From: Thermoanaerobaculia bacterium
GTDB taxonomy: Bacteria > Acidobacteriota > Thermoanaerobaculia > Multivoradales > Multivoraceae
DNA: 64,000 bases
Reading direction: 5' to 3'
Assembly: GCA_963664405.1 (NCBI GenBank)
Contig: OY761158.1
Coordinates: forward strand, 3,904,001 to 3,968,000
The notes below the pieces were generated by a model, which was given only the letters and a program-made list of their open reading frames with translations, did no database searches and was not told the origin of the DNA. The position numbers and the translations under genes are program-made. Position 1 is the stretch's first letter, and every line of letters starts with the position of its first letter. This document shows, one piece after another, positions 51,914-61,299 of this stretch.

Positions 51914-53038
51914 TGTGGGGGGCGAAAATCCTATCTGTCTCACGCAGCGAGTCGTCTGCGGTATCGATGGTGGAGTCCACCGACCTGCGGGAACGCGATC
52001 ACATGGCCCATCTCGGGTGGCTCTACCGCGCGAGGCACGGGACAGTTGTTGTCCAGGGACCGGTGAGTGCGCGCGTCATGGTAGTAGTTGACGTAGCTGC
52101 GAAGAACTCGGCGGAGGTGCTGCTCATTGAGGACCAAGACATGGTCGAGGCACTCTCGACGGATGGAGCCGATCAGCCGTTCGCAATACGGATTCTGCCA
52201 GGGCGAGTGCGGCGCAGTCTTGACCTCCTCGATGCCGATCGCCTCGATGCATCTGGCGAACTCACCAAGGAACTTCGTGTCGTTGTCACGGAGTAGGTAG
52301 CGAGGGGCGGTGTCGTAGGGAAACGCCTCGAGGAGTTGTCGAGCGGTCCAGGCGCTGGACGGCGCGTCGGTCACGTTCCAGTGGATGATTCTGCGGCGGT
52401 CGTGCGACATGACGAGCAGCACGAAGAGGACTCGAAACGTCGCCGTCGGTACGGTGAAGAAGTCGATGGCGACCGTGTCCTCGAGGTGATTGTCGAGGAA
52501 CGTTCGCCAGGTTTGGGACGGTGGGGTCCCTCGCTTTGGCCTGTATTTGGCAACGGTGGAGTCGGTCAAGCTGATGCCGAGCTTGGCGAGCTCGGACTGG
52601 ATGCGCCGCTTGCCCCAGGTCGGATTGGCGTTCCACATGTCGCGGATCAGCTTGCGCTGTTCGGGATCAATCCTCGGCCGCCCGCCCTTGGACCGGCTTT
52701 TCCGGCGCCAGTAGTACCTGAATCCAGCGCGATGCCATTTGACGACAGTGGCAGGTTGGACCAGTTGGAGCACCTCGCTCCACCTTGGCCACACGCACTT
52801 CAGCCCGATCCAAAAGAGTCGGTCTTGGTCTTCGAGTTGGGGCTTCTTTGACAGGCGATGAAGCACTGCGAGTTGGTGGCGAAGAGCGAGGTTCTCGAGC
52901 GCCAGATCGCACCTCGGCCCGAGAGCCGAGACGGCGCTGCGAAAGATGGTTCGGAGTAGTTCCCACATAGGATGCCGACTCTACCGACCGGTACGGAAGG
53001 TGAGTGATTTCAGGGCGGACGGGTATTCGCCCCCCACA
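51914..53038 (-). mobile_element. IS with rve/integrase-core transposase (IS481/IS3-like); CDS 51940-52968
   Basis: TGT...ACA ends with IR TGTGGGGGGCGAA; AIDFFTV, LLRDNDTKF, PWQNPYCERLIGSIRRECLDH motifs. Confidence 0.8.
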
Positions 53039-53115
53039 GCCGCCCAATCCGGCGCCCTTCGGCTCAGGAGAGGGTACCGCCTCATTCACTCGGTAGGTTT
53101 TGCGGATGCAGTATT

Positions 53116-53412
53116 ATGAGATCGATGAAGGATGCCATGCTGTCCCGCCACCGCGACGAGATCCTGCGGATCGCAGCCGCACACGGAGCGAGCCACATCC
53201 GCGTTTTCGGCTCGCGTGCGAGAGGTGAGGGCGGAGCCGAGAGTGACATCGACCTGCTGCTCGACCTCGAAGCGGGTCGCTCTTTGCTCGACCTGATCGG
53301 CCTCGAGCAGGCGATCGAGGACTTGACTCAGCTCGAAGTCGACGTGGTCACAACCGGTGGGCTTTCCCCATATCTGCGAGATCGGGTCGTGGCCGAGGCT
53401 GTTCCGCTTTGA
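53116..53412 (+). CDS. Minimal nucleotidyltransferase antitoxin (MntA-like)
   Basis: VFGSRARGE...SDIDLL motif. Confidence 0.88.
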   Translation: MRSMKDAMLSRHRDEILRIAAAHGASHIRVFGSRARGEGGAESDIDLLLDLEAGRSLLDLIGLEQAIEDLTQLEVDVVTTGGLSPYLRDRVVAEAVPL

Positions 53413-53750
53413 GCCGGGACGAGCTCTACCTTCGACACATCCTCGACGCCATCCGAACCATCGAGCAGTACATCGCCGCGGGGCGGGAGGCCTTCATGGG
53501 CGATCCGATGCGTCAGGACGCGGTCATGAGACGGCTCGAGATTATCGGTGAAGCCACGAAGCAGCTCTCCAGGGAGGTGACGGCAGACAGACCCGAGATT
53601 CCGTGGCGCAGGGTGGCCGGTCTGCGGGATCGCCTCATCCACGGATACGCGAGCGTCGATCTCGACACGGTCTGGGAGGTCACGGTGCGCGACCTGCCGG
53701 CCTTCAAGGGCGCCATCGCGACCATGTTGGAGGAGTCCGACCCTTTCTAG
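53409..53750 (+). CDS. HEPN/DUF86 toxin (HepT-like)
   Basis: EIIGEA and RDRLIHGY (Rx4H) motifs; overlaps the MNT gene. Confidence 0.88.
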   Translation: MSRDELYLRHILDAIRTIEQYIAAGREAFMGDPMRQDAVMRRLEIIGEATKQLSREVTADRPEIPWRRVAGLRDRLIHGYASVDLDTVWEVTVRDLPAFKGAIATMLEESDPF

Positions 53751-53879
53751 CGCTACTGGAGCCGTAGGCCGCCAAGTGGCCGGTTGCCATATGGCACGTA
53801 TTGGCTTCACAACGAGGTGGCGAAGCGGTTGTGTGCGGGTGAGGGAGTCGCTAGAGGCACCCTCCGAGGTCGGTTCTGA

Positions 53880-54959
53880 TCCGCCATCGCCTTCGCTGCC
53901 CCAAGAGACATCCCGAGGACGCCGAGCGGCAAGCCAGACCTGTCGGGCAACTACGAGCTCCGCTTTCTTACCCCCTTCCAGCGCGATGCCGAGCACGGCA
54001 CCAGGATGTATATGAGCTCCGAGGAGGCGAAGGAGGTCGAGGAGGCTGCCGCCAGGAGGGTCCTACCGGAGGATGTGACGATCAATTCGAACCGCGAGCT
54101 TCCGCCGGCCGGGGGTACCGGAGTGCGTGGCAACGTGGGCGGCTACAACCAGTTCATTTGGTTCGACAGGGTCACCACGACCTTTGCCGTCGACGGAAAG
54201 TTCCGCGCCTCGATCCTCACCGACCCTTCGCATGGCCGGCTGCCGCCGCTCACCGAAACGGGCAAGCAGTGGCGCGAGGGAATGCAGCGGCGCTACAACC
54301 ACAACCCCGGGGGGGCCTGGTGGCTGGAGACCGGTGAGGATCTCTACGATCATCCCGAGGTTCAGAACCTGGGTATGCGCTGCATCTACAACACCGCGGC
54401 GACGGTGCCGGTGCGCCAGACCGGCGGCTACAACAACGTCAAGACCATCACCCAGACCGATACGCACGTGGTGATCCTCGTCGAGTGGTTCCACTGGCCT
54501 CGCATCATCCGTCTCGGCGCTGAGGGGCGTCGCCCCGAGCATCTGCCGGCGGAGATCCACTCCTTCAGCGGAGACTCGATCGGCTGGTGGGAGGGCGATC
54601 CCGCCGGAGGCGACGACACCCTGGTCGTCGACACCACCAACTTTCGCCGCCAGGGCGAGGCTCCGGTAGCGAGTGACCGCCGTCGCGCGGGGCGCGAACA
54701 GAACTTCCTGCGCGAGCCGGGAACGCCCCACGAGGGCTTGCACGTCGTGGAACGCTTCACGGCCACCGACGACGGCCTCTTCTACGAGTTCACCGTCGAA
54801 GATCCCGACTACACCGCGCCCTACAGCGGCTCACTGCCCTGGCCGCGAACCGACAGCAAGCTCTACGAGTACGCCTGCCACGAGGGCAACTACTCGATGG
54901 GCAACATGCTGCGCGGGGCGCGGTTGGCGGAGCAGGAGTGGCTCGAAGCGAACCGCTAG
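53880..54959 (+). pseudogene. Paralogue of 1661-2722 lacking most of its signal peptide and start
   Basis: In-frame AIAFAAPRDIPRTPSGKPDLSGNY upstream of ATG 54006, preceded by TGA; YEYACHEGNY at C-terminus. Confidence 0.65.
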
Positions 54960-55135
54960 CCTGGACGATTCATGAGGGTCCGTAGCGAGGTGCCGCAGAT
55001 GCCCGGAGATACAAGGCGTCGCGACCGAGGGCACCGCAGGCGTATTTGGCAGTACGTCGAGGAGCCCGAACGAGCGCAACGCAGTAGATTCGGGCAGCTG
55101 CGGCACCGCAGTAGGAGCTTCATGAATAATCCAGG
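54960..55135. mobile_element. MITE-like element 3 with CTAG target duplication
   Basis: CTAG at 54956-54959 and 55136-55139; IR CCTGGACGATTCATGA / TCATGAATAATCCAGG plus inner IR GGTGCCGCAG..CTGCGGCACC. Confidence 0.8.
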
Positions 55136-55202
55136 CTAGAGGCTAGCTCACCTCCGCCATCTCGTCGAGACGAAGATCCAGGGCTACCCGGGCCGAAAGA
55201 CC

Positions 55203-55243
55203 GTCTCGAGGCGGGGACGCAACCGCGCCACCCGCCTCGAGAC
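55203..55243 (-). terminator. Strong hairpin downstream of the TonB receptor
   Basis: GTCTCGAGGCGGG / CCCGCCTCGAGAC 13-bp stem; weak U-tract. Confidence 0.5.
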
Positions 55244-55256
55244 AGAGCTCAGAAAC

Positions 55257-57980
55257 CTAGAAACGAATCCCAACCTTGAGACGAAACTCGCGCGGCCGCT
55301 GCCAGGCCAGGAGCGAGTTGATGGGCTGAAGGGTATTGGTGTCGATCTCGAGCACCTCCTGCTGGTCGGTGATGTTGGCGACCTCGAAGCCGAGCTGCCC
55401 CTCCACTGGACCCTTGATCGGAAACGACCACATCGCCGAGAAGTCGAGCGTATAGATGCCGTCCAGCTGCTGGCCGTCGCGCGGCTCGACGCGGGTCGAG
55501 GTGTCGATCTCGAGACCGGTCACCGGATGCGCTACGGTGGTGGCGGCAGTCCCGCCGAAGTACCTGCCGGAGCTGACGGCGAAAAAGCCACCCAGGGTCA
55601 GGGCCTGCTTGCCGAACTGAAAGCGCTTCATGGCGATGAGGTTGAGCCGGTCGATATCGTGACGCAGGTGCCCGGCCCGGAACCTGGCGGTGGCGTCGGT
55701 CGCGCCAGGTGCAATACCCGCGTCCTGCACCGTTTGGTTCGGCAGCTCGAGGCCGCCGAGGCCCTCGAACAGATCCTCGAGGCTGTCGTTGGTGTCGGTA
55801 TTCCCTTCGGCGTCGCCCACCGTCAGGTTGGACCGGAACGTCCAGCCGCCGCGGAACCTGCGATTGAGCTCGAGGCTGACTGCCGAATATTCGCGAAAGG
55901 CACCGGGCCAGTTGCGGACCACGCGCGCTATGGCCGTGCCGTCGTCGATGTACTGGTCGTTGCCGAAGAAGAGGTCGTCGGTCTCGTGGTACACCAGGCT
56001 CGACTTGAAGACCCAGTTCTGCGCCAGCTGCCAGTCCACGCCAACCGCGACCTGGTCCTTGTAGGGGAGGTCGACCGGCTGCAGGGTCTGGGTCGCGAAG
56101 GCCGGCCTCCTGCTCGTGCGGAAAATATCGTAGCGCTCGGTGGCGGGATTCCAATTGAACTCGTCGTAGCTCTGATTCCCAACGGGTAGCGCACTGAACT
56201 CGCGGAAGGCGAAATCCAGGCCGATGTTCTGGTAGTAGCGCCCGACGCTGCCGCGCACCAGCAGCTTGCCGTCGGCATTGACGTCGTAGACCACGGTCAG
56301 ACGGGGTGCGATGTCGTCGGAATCGTGGATCTGCGTGCCGACGTCGTTGTCGATCGTCTCGGCGTCGTAGCGCACGCCCATGTGGAGGCTCCAGCGATCA
56401 CCGACGTCGAGGCGGTCCTGCACATAGGCCGAGCTCTCGATAGCGTCGCTGCGCGACGCCACGGACGGCAAGAAGACCCGCTTGCGCTGCGGTGTCTGGA
56501 AGCCTCCGGGGCATTCAAAACAGAAGTTTCTGCCGCGATACTCCTTGCCCGGGTTGCCCAAATTCTCGAACGCGATGTCCTGGATGTCGATGCCGAACTT
56601 GATCTCGTTGCGCCCTTTGAACAAGGTCGCCGAGCCATGGGCCGTGTCGCGAGGGAAGGTGTTGTGGCCGATCCCCTGGCCGCTCACCACGCCGTTAAAG
56701 CGAACGTTACTTTGCGCCCGATCGCGGTAGCGGAAATTGTTGTCGACCGGATTGTCGGAGCACTCGGGGCACAGTGTCGCCGGATCCTTGGGGAATTTGA
56801 GAGTGCGAGGAAAGAGATCCTTGCGCTCGGATACCTTGACCTCGATGAAGGTCGAGCTGGTAGCGGCGAAGCTCCAGCTCCCGGTCAGTACCTGCGCGTA
56901 GAGCGGACGGGCCGTGATGGCAGCACGGTCGCCGGTGCGAAAGGTGGCGGCGAGGGAGTCGCCGCGCGAATCGATCCACGTCCCCGCCAGCTGGTGGCGA
57001 TCGCTAGGCTGGTAGTTGAGCTTGAGGATGCGGGGCTCCGAGGTGCGACTGTTGTCAACCACCTCGCCGCTCGCCAATTGGTCCAGGAGGTTCTCGGTCA
57101 TATCGGCGTAGGCGGCAAAGAACCACGCCTTTTGGCGCAAGATGGGCCCGCCCAGCGACGTCTCGTAGTTGTTGACCTGGTCGTCCGGTCGCTCCAACCC
57201 GAACTGGTCCTCGGCTCTCCACTTCGGATTCTGGCCGACGTAGAGAAAATCGCCGTGAAAGTTGTTGGTGCCGGTCTTGACGGTCGAGTTGATGATGCCG
57301 CCGCTCACCCGGCCGTACTCGGCGCCGAAGCCCATCTGTTCGAGGCTGGTCTCCGACAGCGCCGACGCCGGCATGACTACGCGCGCCGCGCCCCCCGTCC
57401 GGGTGTTCGAGGTGTCCACACCTTCGATCAAGACCTGCGTCTCGGTGTAAATGCCGCCGTTGATTCCGGGCGTAGTGTCGCGCTCGTTTCTGTTCACCAC
57501 GCCGGGAAGCGCGCGAAGGGTGGAGGCATAGAAGCGACTCTCGAAGGCAACGTTCTCGATCACCTCCGACTTCAGTGAGCTGACGGAGCCGGTTTCGTAC
57601 TTGCTTATCAGCGCCGCTTCGCCGGTGACGGTGATCTCTTCCGCGCTTCCCCCTTCCAAAGTGAGGTCGACGCCACGGCGCTGACCCGGAGCGAGCGTGG
57701 TCGCCAGCTCGGCCGCCCCCAGCCCCTCCAGCTCTGCGGTGACGGTGAACTCCCCTGCCTGCAGGAGCGCGAAGCGATACCGCCCTGCGGCATCGGACAT
57801 GGTGCTCGTCGTTCGCTGCGGACCGGCCAGGGTCACCGTCGCCCCGGGCAGGGCTTGCCCCTGGGCGTCGAGGACGCGGCCGTCGATGGTTGCGGTCGAC
57901 GGACCGTCCGCCGCTAGCGGTAGAGCGCATACGGCGATGGCGCAGATGCAAATAAGTGACCTAAGTGCGATTGCCTTCAT
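55257..57980 (-). CDS. TonB-dependent receptor with CarboxypepD_reg N-domain
   Basis: Signal peptide, GQALPGATVTL, AEYGRVSGGIIN..KTGTNNFHG, terminal GIRF. Confidence 0.9.
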   Translation of the reverse strand: MKAIALRSLICICAIAVCALPLAADGPSTATIDGRVLDAQGQALPGATVTLAGPQRTTSTMSDAAGRYRFALLQAGEFTVTAELEGLGAAELATTLAPGQRRGVDLTLEGGSAEEITVTGEAALISKYETGSVSSLKSEVIENVAFESRFYASTLRALPGVVNRNERDTTPGINGGIYTETQVLIEGVDTSNTRTGGAARVVMPASALSETSLEQMGFGAEYGRVSGGIINSTVKTGTNNFHGDFLYVGQNPKWRAEDQFGLERPDDQVNNYETSLGGPILRQKAWFFAAYADMTENLLDQLASGEVVDNSRTSEPRILKLNYQPSDRHQLAGTWIDSRGDSLAATFRTGDRAAITARPLYAQVLTGSWSFAATSSTFIEVKVSERKDLFPRTLKFPKDPATLCPECSDNPVDNNFRYRDRAQSNVRFNGVVSGQGIGHNTFPRDTAHGSATLFKGRNEIKFGIDIQDIAFENLGNPGKEYRGRNFCFECPGGFQTPQRKRVFLPSVASRSDAIESSAYVQDRLDVGDRWSLHMGVRYDAETIDNDVGTQIHDSDDIAPRLTVVYDVNADGKLLVRGSVGRYYQNIGLDFAFREFSALPVGNQSYDEFNWNPATERYDIFRTSRRPAFATQTLQPVDLPYKDQVAVGVDWQLAQNWVFKSSLVYHETDDLFFGNDQYIDDGTAIARVVRNWPGAFREYSAVSLELNRRFRGGWTFRSNLTVGDAEGNTDTNDSLEDLFEGLGGLELPNQTVQDAGIAPGATDATARFRAGHLRHDIDRLNLIAMKRFQFGKQALTLGGFFAVSSGRYFGGTAATTVAHPVTGLEIDTSTRVEPRDGQQLDGIYTLDFSAMWSFPIKGPVEGQLGFEVANITDQQEVLEIDTNTLQPINSLLAWQRPREFRLKVGIRF

Positions 57981-58137
57981 GATCCGGTCCTTCAGTTTCT
58001 CGACCTTGGCGTGACCACCGAGCCGTTCTGTGGGCACAGCGGCCTAACGTAGCCACTACTCGAATTCTTTTGGTAATGATACCTCATGCCGGTCGAGTTG
58101 ACACAATGTTTAGAGATCTTGTTGCGAATACAATGCC

Positions 58138-58195
58138 AATCCACATGTTGTGTACTGGGGGGGGGCTGACGCAGGTCGGATACCATATGTTGTGT
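58138..58195. promoter_or_regulatory. Two NrdR-box-like sequences 42 bp apart
   Basis: AATCCACATGTTGTGT (58138) and ATACCATATGTTGTGT (58180) in an AT-rich intergenic region. Confidence 0.4.
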
Positions 58196-58311
58196 TTTAG
58201 CTAGAACCCCATACTCAAAAAAATGCATCGATATTCAAAGTTTTGGATATCCGGACCGTTTGAGGATGAAGGCAAAGTGATCGTTCTGGTCCTGAAAAGC
58301 GCGAACGAGGC

Positions 58312-58674
58312 CTAGGCGCCCAGAGCCACCAGAAGCTCCACTACAAGTACCAACACTCTTCGATCTGGCACATCGAGTACTCCCTCGACGATCTCCCCGT
58401 CGAGGAGGTGCTCCACAACGACTATGTCGCCATGATCGCTCTGTACGGGCAGCTAGTGGAGAGCGACCTCGTACCCGATCCGGCAACGCTCGCCGAAGGC
58501 CTTGCGGATCCCCCTAGCGAGGCCGTGGTTACCAGTTTCGAGGAGTGGAGGCCATCTAGTAAAGGCAAGAGCCCAGGTCTTGTTGTTTCCCTAAGCTTGA
58601 CGCCTTCGGGGGAGGACCACTCACAAAGATTCTTCGACATCATCACGGGGCGCGAACAGCGCGCCATCCCATGA
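58312..58674 (+). pseudogene. Fragment resembling the end of a McrB-N/DUF3578 domain
   Basis: YQHSSIWHIEYSLDDLPVEEVLHNDYVAMIALY in frame with ORF 58408; similarity judged by eye only. Confidence 0.3.
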
Positions 58675-58760
58675 TATTTTCACCCCACGGCCACGACGAG
58701 AGTCCAACATCTACGGGCTCTAGCGAGCACCGCTGTCGTCTTCTGTGGTGCCTTGCGACA
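58672..58760 (+). repeat. Palindrome element F (left part resembles element A)
   Basis: Degenerate site from ~58672 and intact TGTCG-N17-CGACA at 58734-58760. Confidence 0.75.
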
Positions 58761-58889
58761 CCACAGATCGAGCTTTGAGCGACTGATCCCAACGGACGAC
58801 CGGTAAGATGTTGCCAAGTCATGGTTCAAGAAGCAGTAGCGCGCCTTTTCGTCTTCGATTCGGGTGATACCACGATAGGGGAGTAATTG

Positions 58890-60730
58890 ATGACAAGAGT
58901 CCATCGCATTGCCGCGCTGACGGTCGGCGCATTGACTGCCACTTACGCCGCGGGTGCGGAGCGGAACGCCTATTTCGGTGATCTGCACATCCATACGCGC
59001 TTTTCGTTCGACGCGTTCACCTTCGGCACCCGCGCGACACCCGACGACGCATACCGTTATGCCCGCGGGGAGGCGATCAAACACCCCGCCGGCTTCGATA
59101 TTCAGCTCGATCGGCCGCTCGACTTCTACGCCGTCACCGACCACGCCCGGTATCTCGGCAGGTGGTCGGCGATGATGGATCCCAATCATCCTCTGGCGCA
59201 GAGTCCTGAAATCCAGCCCTTTTTCGATGCGAAAAAACTCGCCGAGACGGGTGTGTCCCGACAAACAGCCGTCCGTGGCAGGAGCTTCTTCACCGCCCAT
59301 CCCGACCCGGAGGCCACACGTTCGGCTTGGCGGGAGACCATCGCTTCGGCGGAGCGAAATTACGAGCCGGGCAAGCTCACCACGTTCGTCGCCTACGAAT
59401 ACACGTCATCGGGGACCGATGGGGGCAATCAACACCGCAACGTCATTTTCCGCAGTGCGAAAGCGCCGGAGGTACCCTTCTCTCGACTCGACTCGCCGAA
59501 CCCCGAAGATCTGTGGGACTGGCTCGAGGGCTTGCGCGCACAGGGCATCGAGGCGCTGGCGATCCCCCATAACTCGAACCAAAGCGCAGGCCATAAGTTC
59601 GCGCGCCAGAAGAATTCGGGCGAGCCCTTCGACGCGGCCTATGCCCGGCTGCGGATGCGCAACGAGCCACTGGTCGAGGTCACACAGATCAAGGGCACTT
59701 CGGAGACACACCCCCTGCTCTCGACCAACGACGAGTGGGCGAACTTCGAGATCGAGTTTCTCCCCCCCGCCAATAGGAAGCTTGAGTACGTCCGTGGCAG
59801 CTATGTGCGCGAAGCCTACCTGACCGGTCTCGAGCTCGAGGAAAACGAGGGCTTCAACCCTTACCGCTTCGGGATGATCGGCTCGAGCGACGGCCACAAT
59901 GGGGGCTCCGCTTATCAGGAGTCGAAGTTCTTCAGCAAGCTCGGTGTCCTTGATGCGACGCCGGAGCTGCGCGGCTCTGTGCCCGCGGGGGGTGCTCAGG
60001 CCTGGGGCGACGTTTCACAGACCACGGGAAGGGCTGCCAGGGTGCCAAAGCCTCCAAGCCAAAGGGGCGGCCAGACCTGGGGCGCTTCGGGCTTGGTGGC
60101 GTGTGGACCGAGGAGAACACCCGCGAATCGATCTATGACGCGTTCCGCCGCAAAGAGACGTTCGCCACTAGCGGGCCGCGCATCCGGGTGCGTTTGTTCG
60201 CCAGCTACGACTTCAAGGGCGATGCGCTCGAAGACAAGGATCTGATGGCAAAGGCCTACGAGCACGGTGTGCCGATGGGCGCCGACCTCCCGGCCCGTCG
60301 CCGCGGCGCACCCCAGTTCCTGGTCTGGGCGGTGCAGGACCCCGAGTCGACGAAACTCCAGCGCCTGCAGGTGATCAAGGGCTGGATCGAGGCCGGCCGG
60401 CCGCAGGAGCGGGTCTACGATGTCGCCTGCTCGGACGGTCTCGAGGTCGACCGCCAAACTCATCGCTGCCCCGACAACGGCGCCGAGGTGGATCTTGCGG
60501 ACTGCAGCGTCAGCGCCAACCTCGGCGCGGCGCAGCTCGAAACTCTCTGGGCCGATCCCGACTTCGACCGCCGTCAACGTGCCTTCTACTATGTGCGCGT
60601 GCTCGAGAATCCGTCTTGCCGCTGGTCCACCTGGGACGCCATCCGGGCGGGCACGCCGCCTCGACCCGGTCTTGCGACCACGCTTCAGGAGCGCGCCTTT
60701 TCGTCTCCGATTTGGTTGATCCCACGGTAA
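58890..60730 (+). pseudogene. DUF3604 protein copy 2, frameshifted at ~60097
   Basis: Near-identical to copy 1; GGCTTGGTGGCGTG versus GGCTTGGCGGGCGTG (1 nt shorter). Confidence 0.8.
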
Positions 60731-60951
60731 AGCGTGGGCCTGAGTCAGGGTTTCCTCGAAGCGGCACCCACGCTTGACTCGGGCAGAGTCGGCACTGTGA
60801 GCGGGCCGCAGTGCCGGGTTGTCGCCGCCTCCTTGTTCTTGTGGATGTTGCGGAAGTCGGAGGTCTTTATGACCCCCATGAATTCGCGCAAGCTGGGGTA
60901 GCGCACGATGTGGAGGCGCCAGGATGGGCTCTATCTCCCACCGACCGATGG

Positions 60952-61044
60952 TGTCGTGATTCCCGGCGGTCTGCGACACGCATAGCCGGAAGCAGATAAG
61001 CCTTCGAGCAGAGGTGTTGTCGTGAAATTCGGTGCTCTGCGACA
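60952..61044 (+). repeat. Palindrome doublet G
   Basis: Sites at 60952-60978 and 61018-61044. Confidence 0.85.
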
Positions 61045-61190
61045 GCACAGGTCGAGCTCCGATCCGCTGATCCCACGGGCGAGGCACGGGAGGTCGAGGC
61101 CGAGCTGCGACGGCTCCTGGCGCGAGCATCAGGTGCGATCGGTGCCAGATCTGAGCGCCGCTTTCCGTCTCTTGTCTTCGAGGGGAGGCA

Positions 61191-61298
61191 ATGGCAGAGG
61201 CGGCTCACAGCCAGGTCTATCGCCGGCGGCGGCCGGAGCGGAGCGTGGCGTACCGCGCCTTGACACACCACTTCGAGCGCTTCCTCCAGGTCTACGAT
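61191..61298 (+). pseudogene. N-terminal stub of an IS91-like transposase
   Basis: GGGGAGG RBS; YRRRRPERSVAYRALTHHFERFL motif. Confidence 0.55.
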
Positions 61299-61299
61299 G

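Noticed and set aside
40777-61044. Palindrome doublets as a CRISPR array (66-bp period) or integron attC sites
   Set aside because: Only two or three units per locus, the internal 17 bp vary, linkers are homologous to each other, and there are no cas or intI genes or RYYYAAC/GTTRRRY ends.
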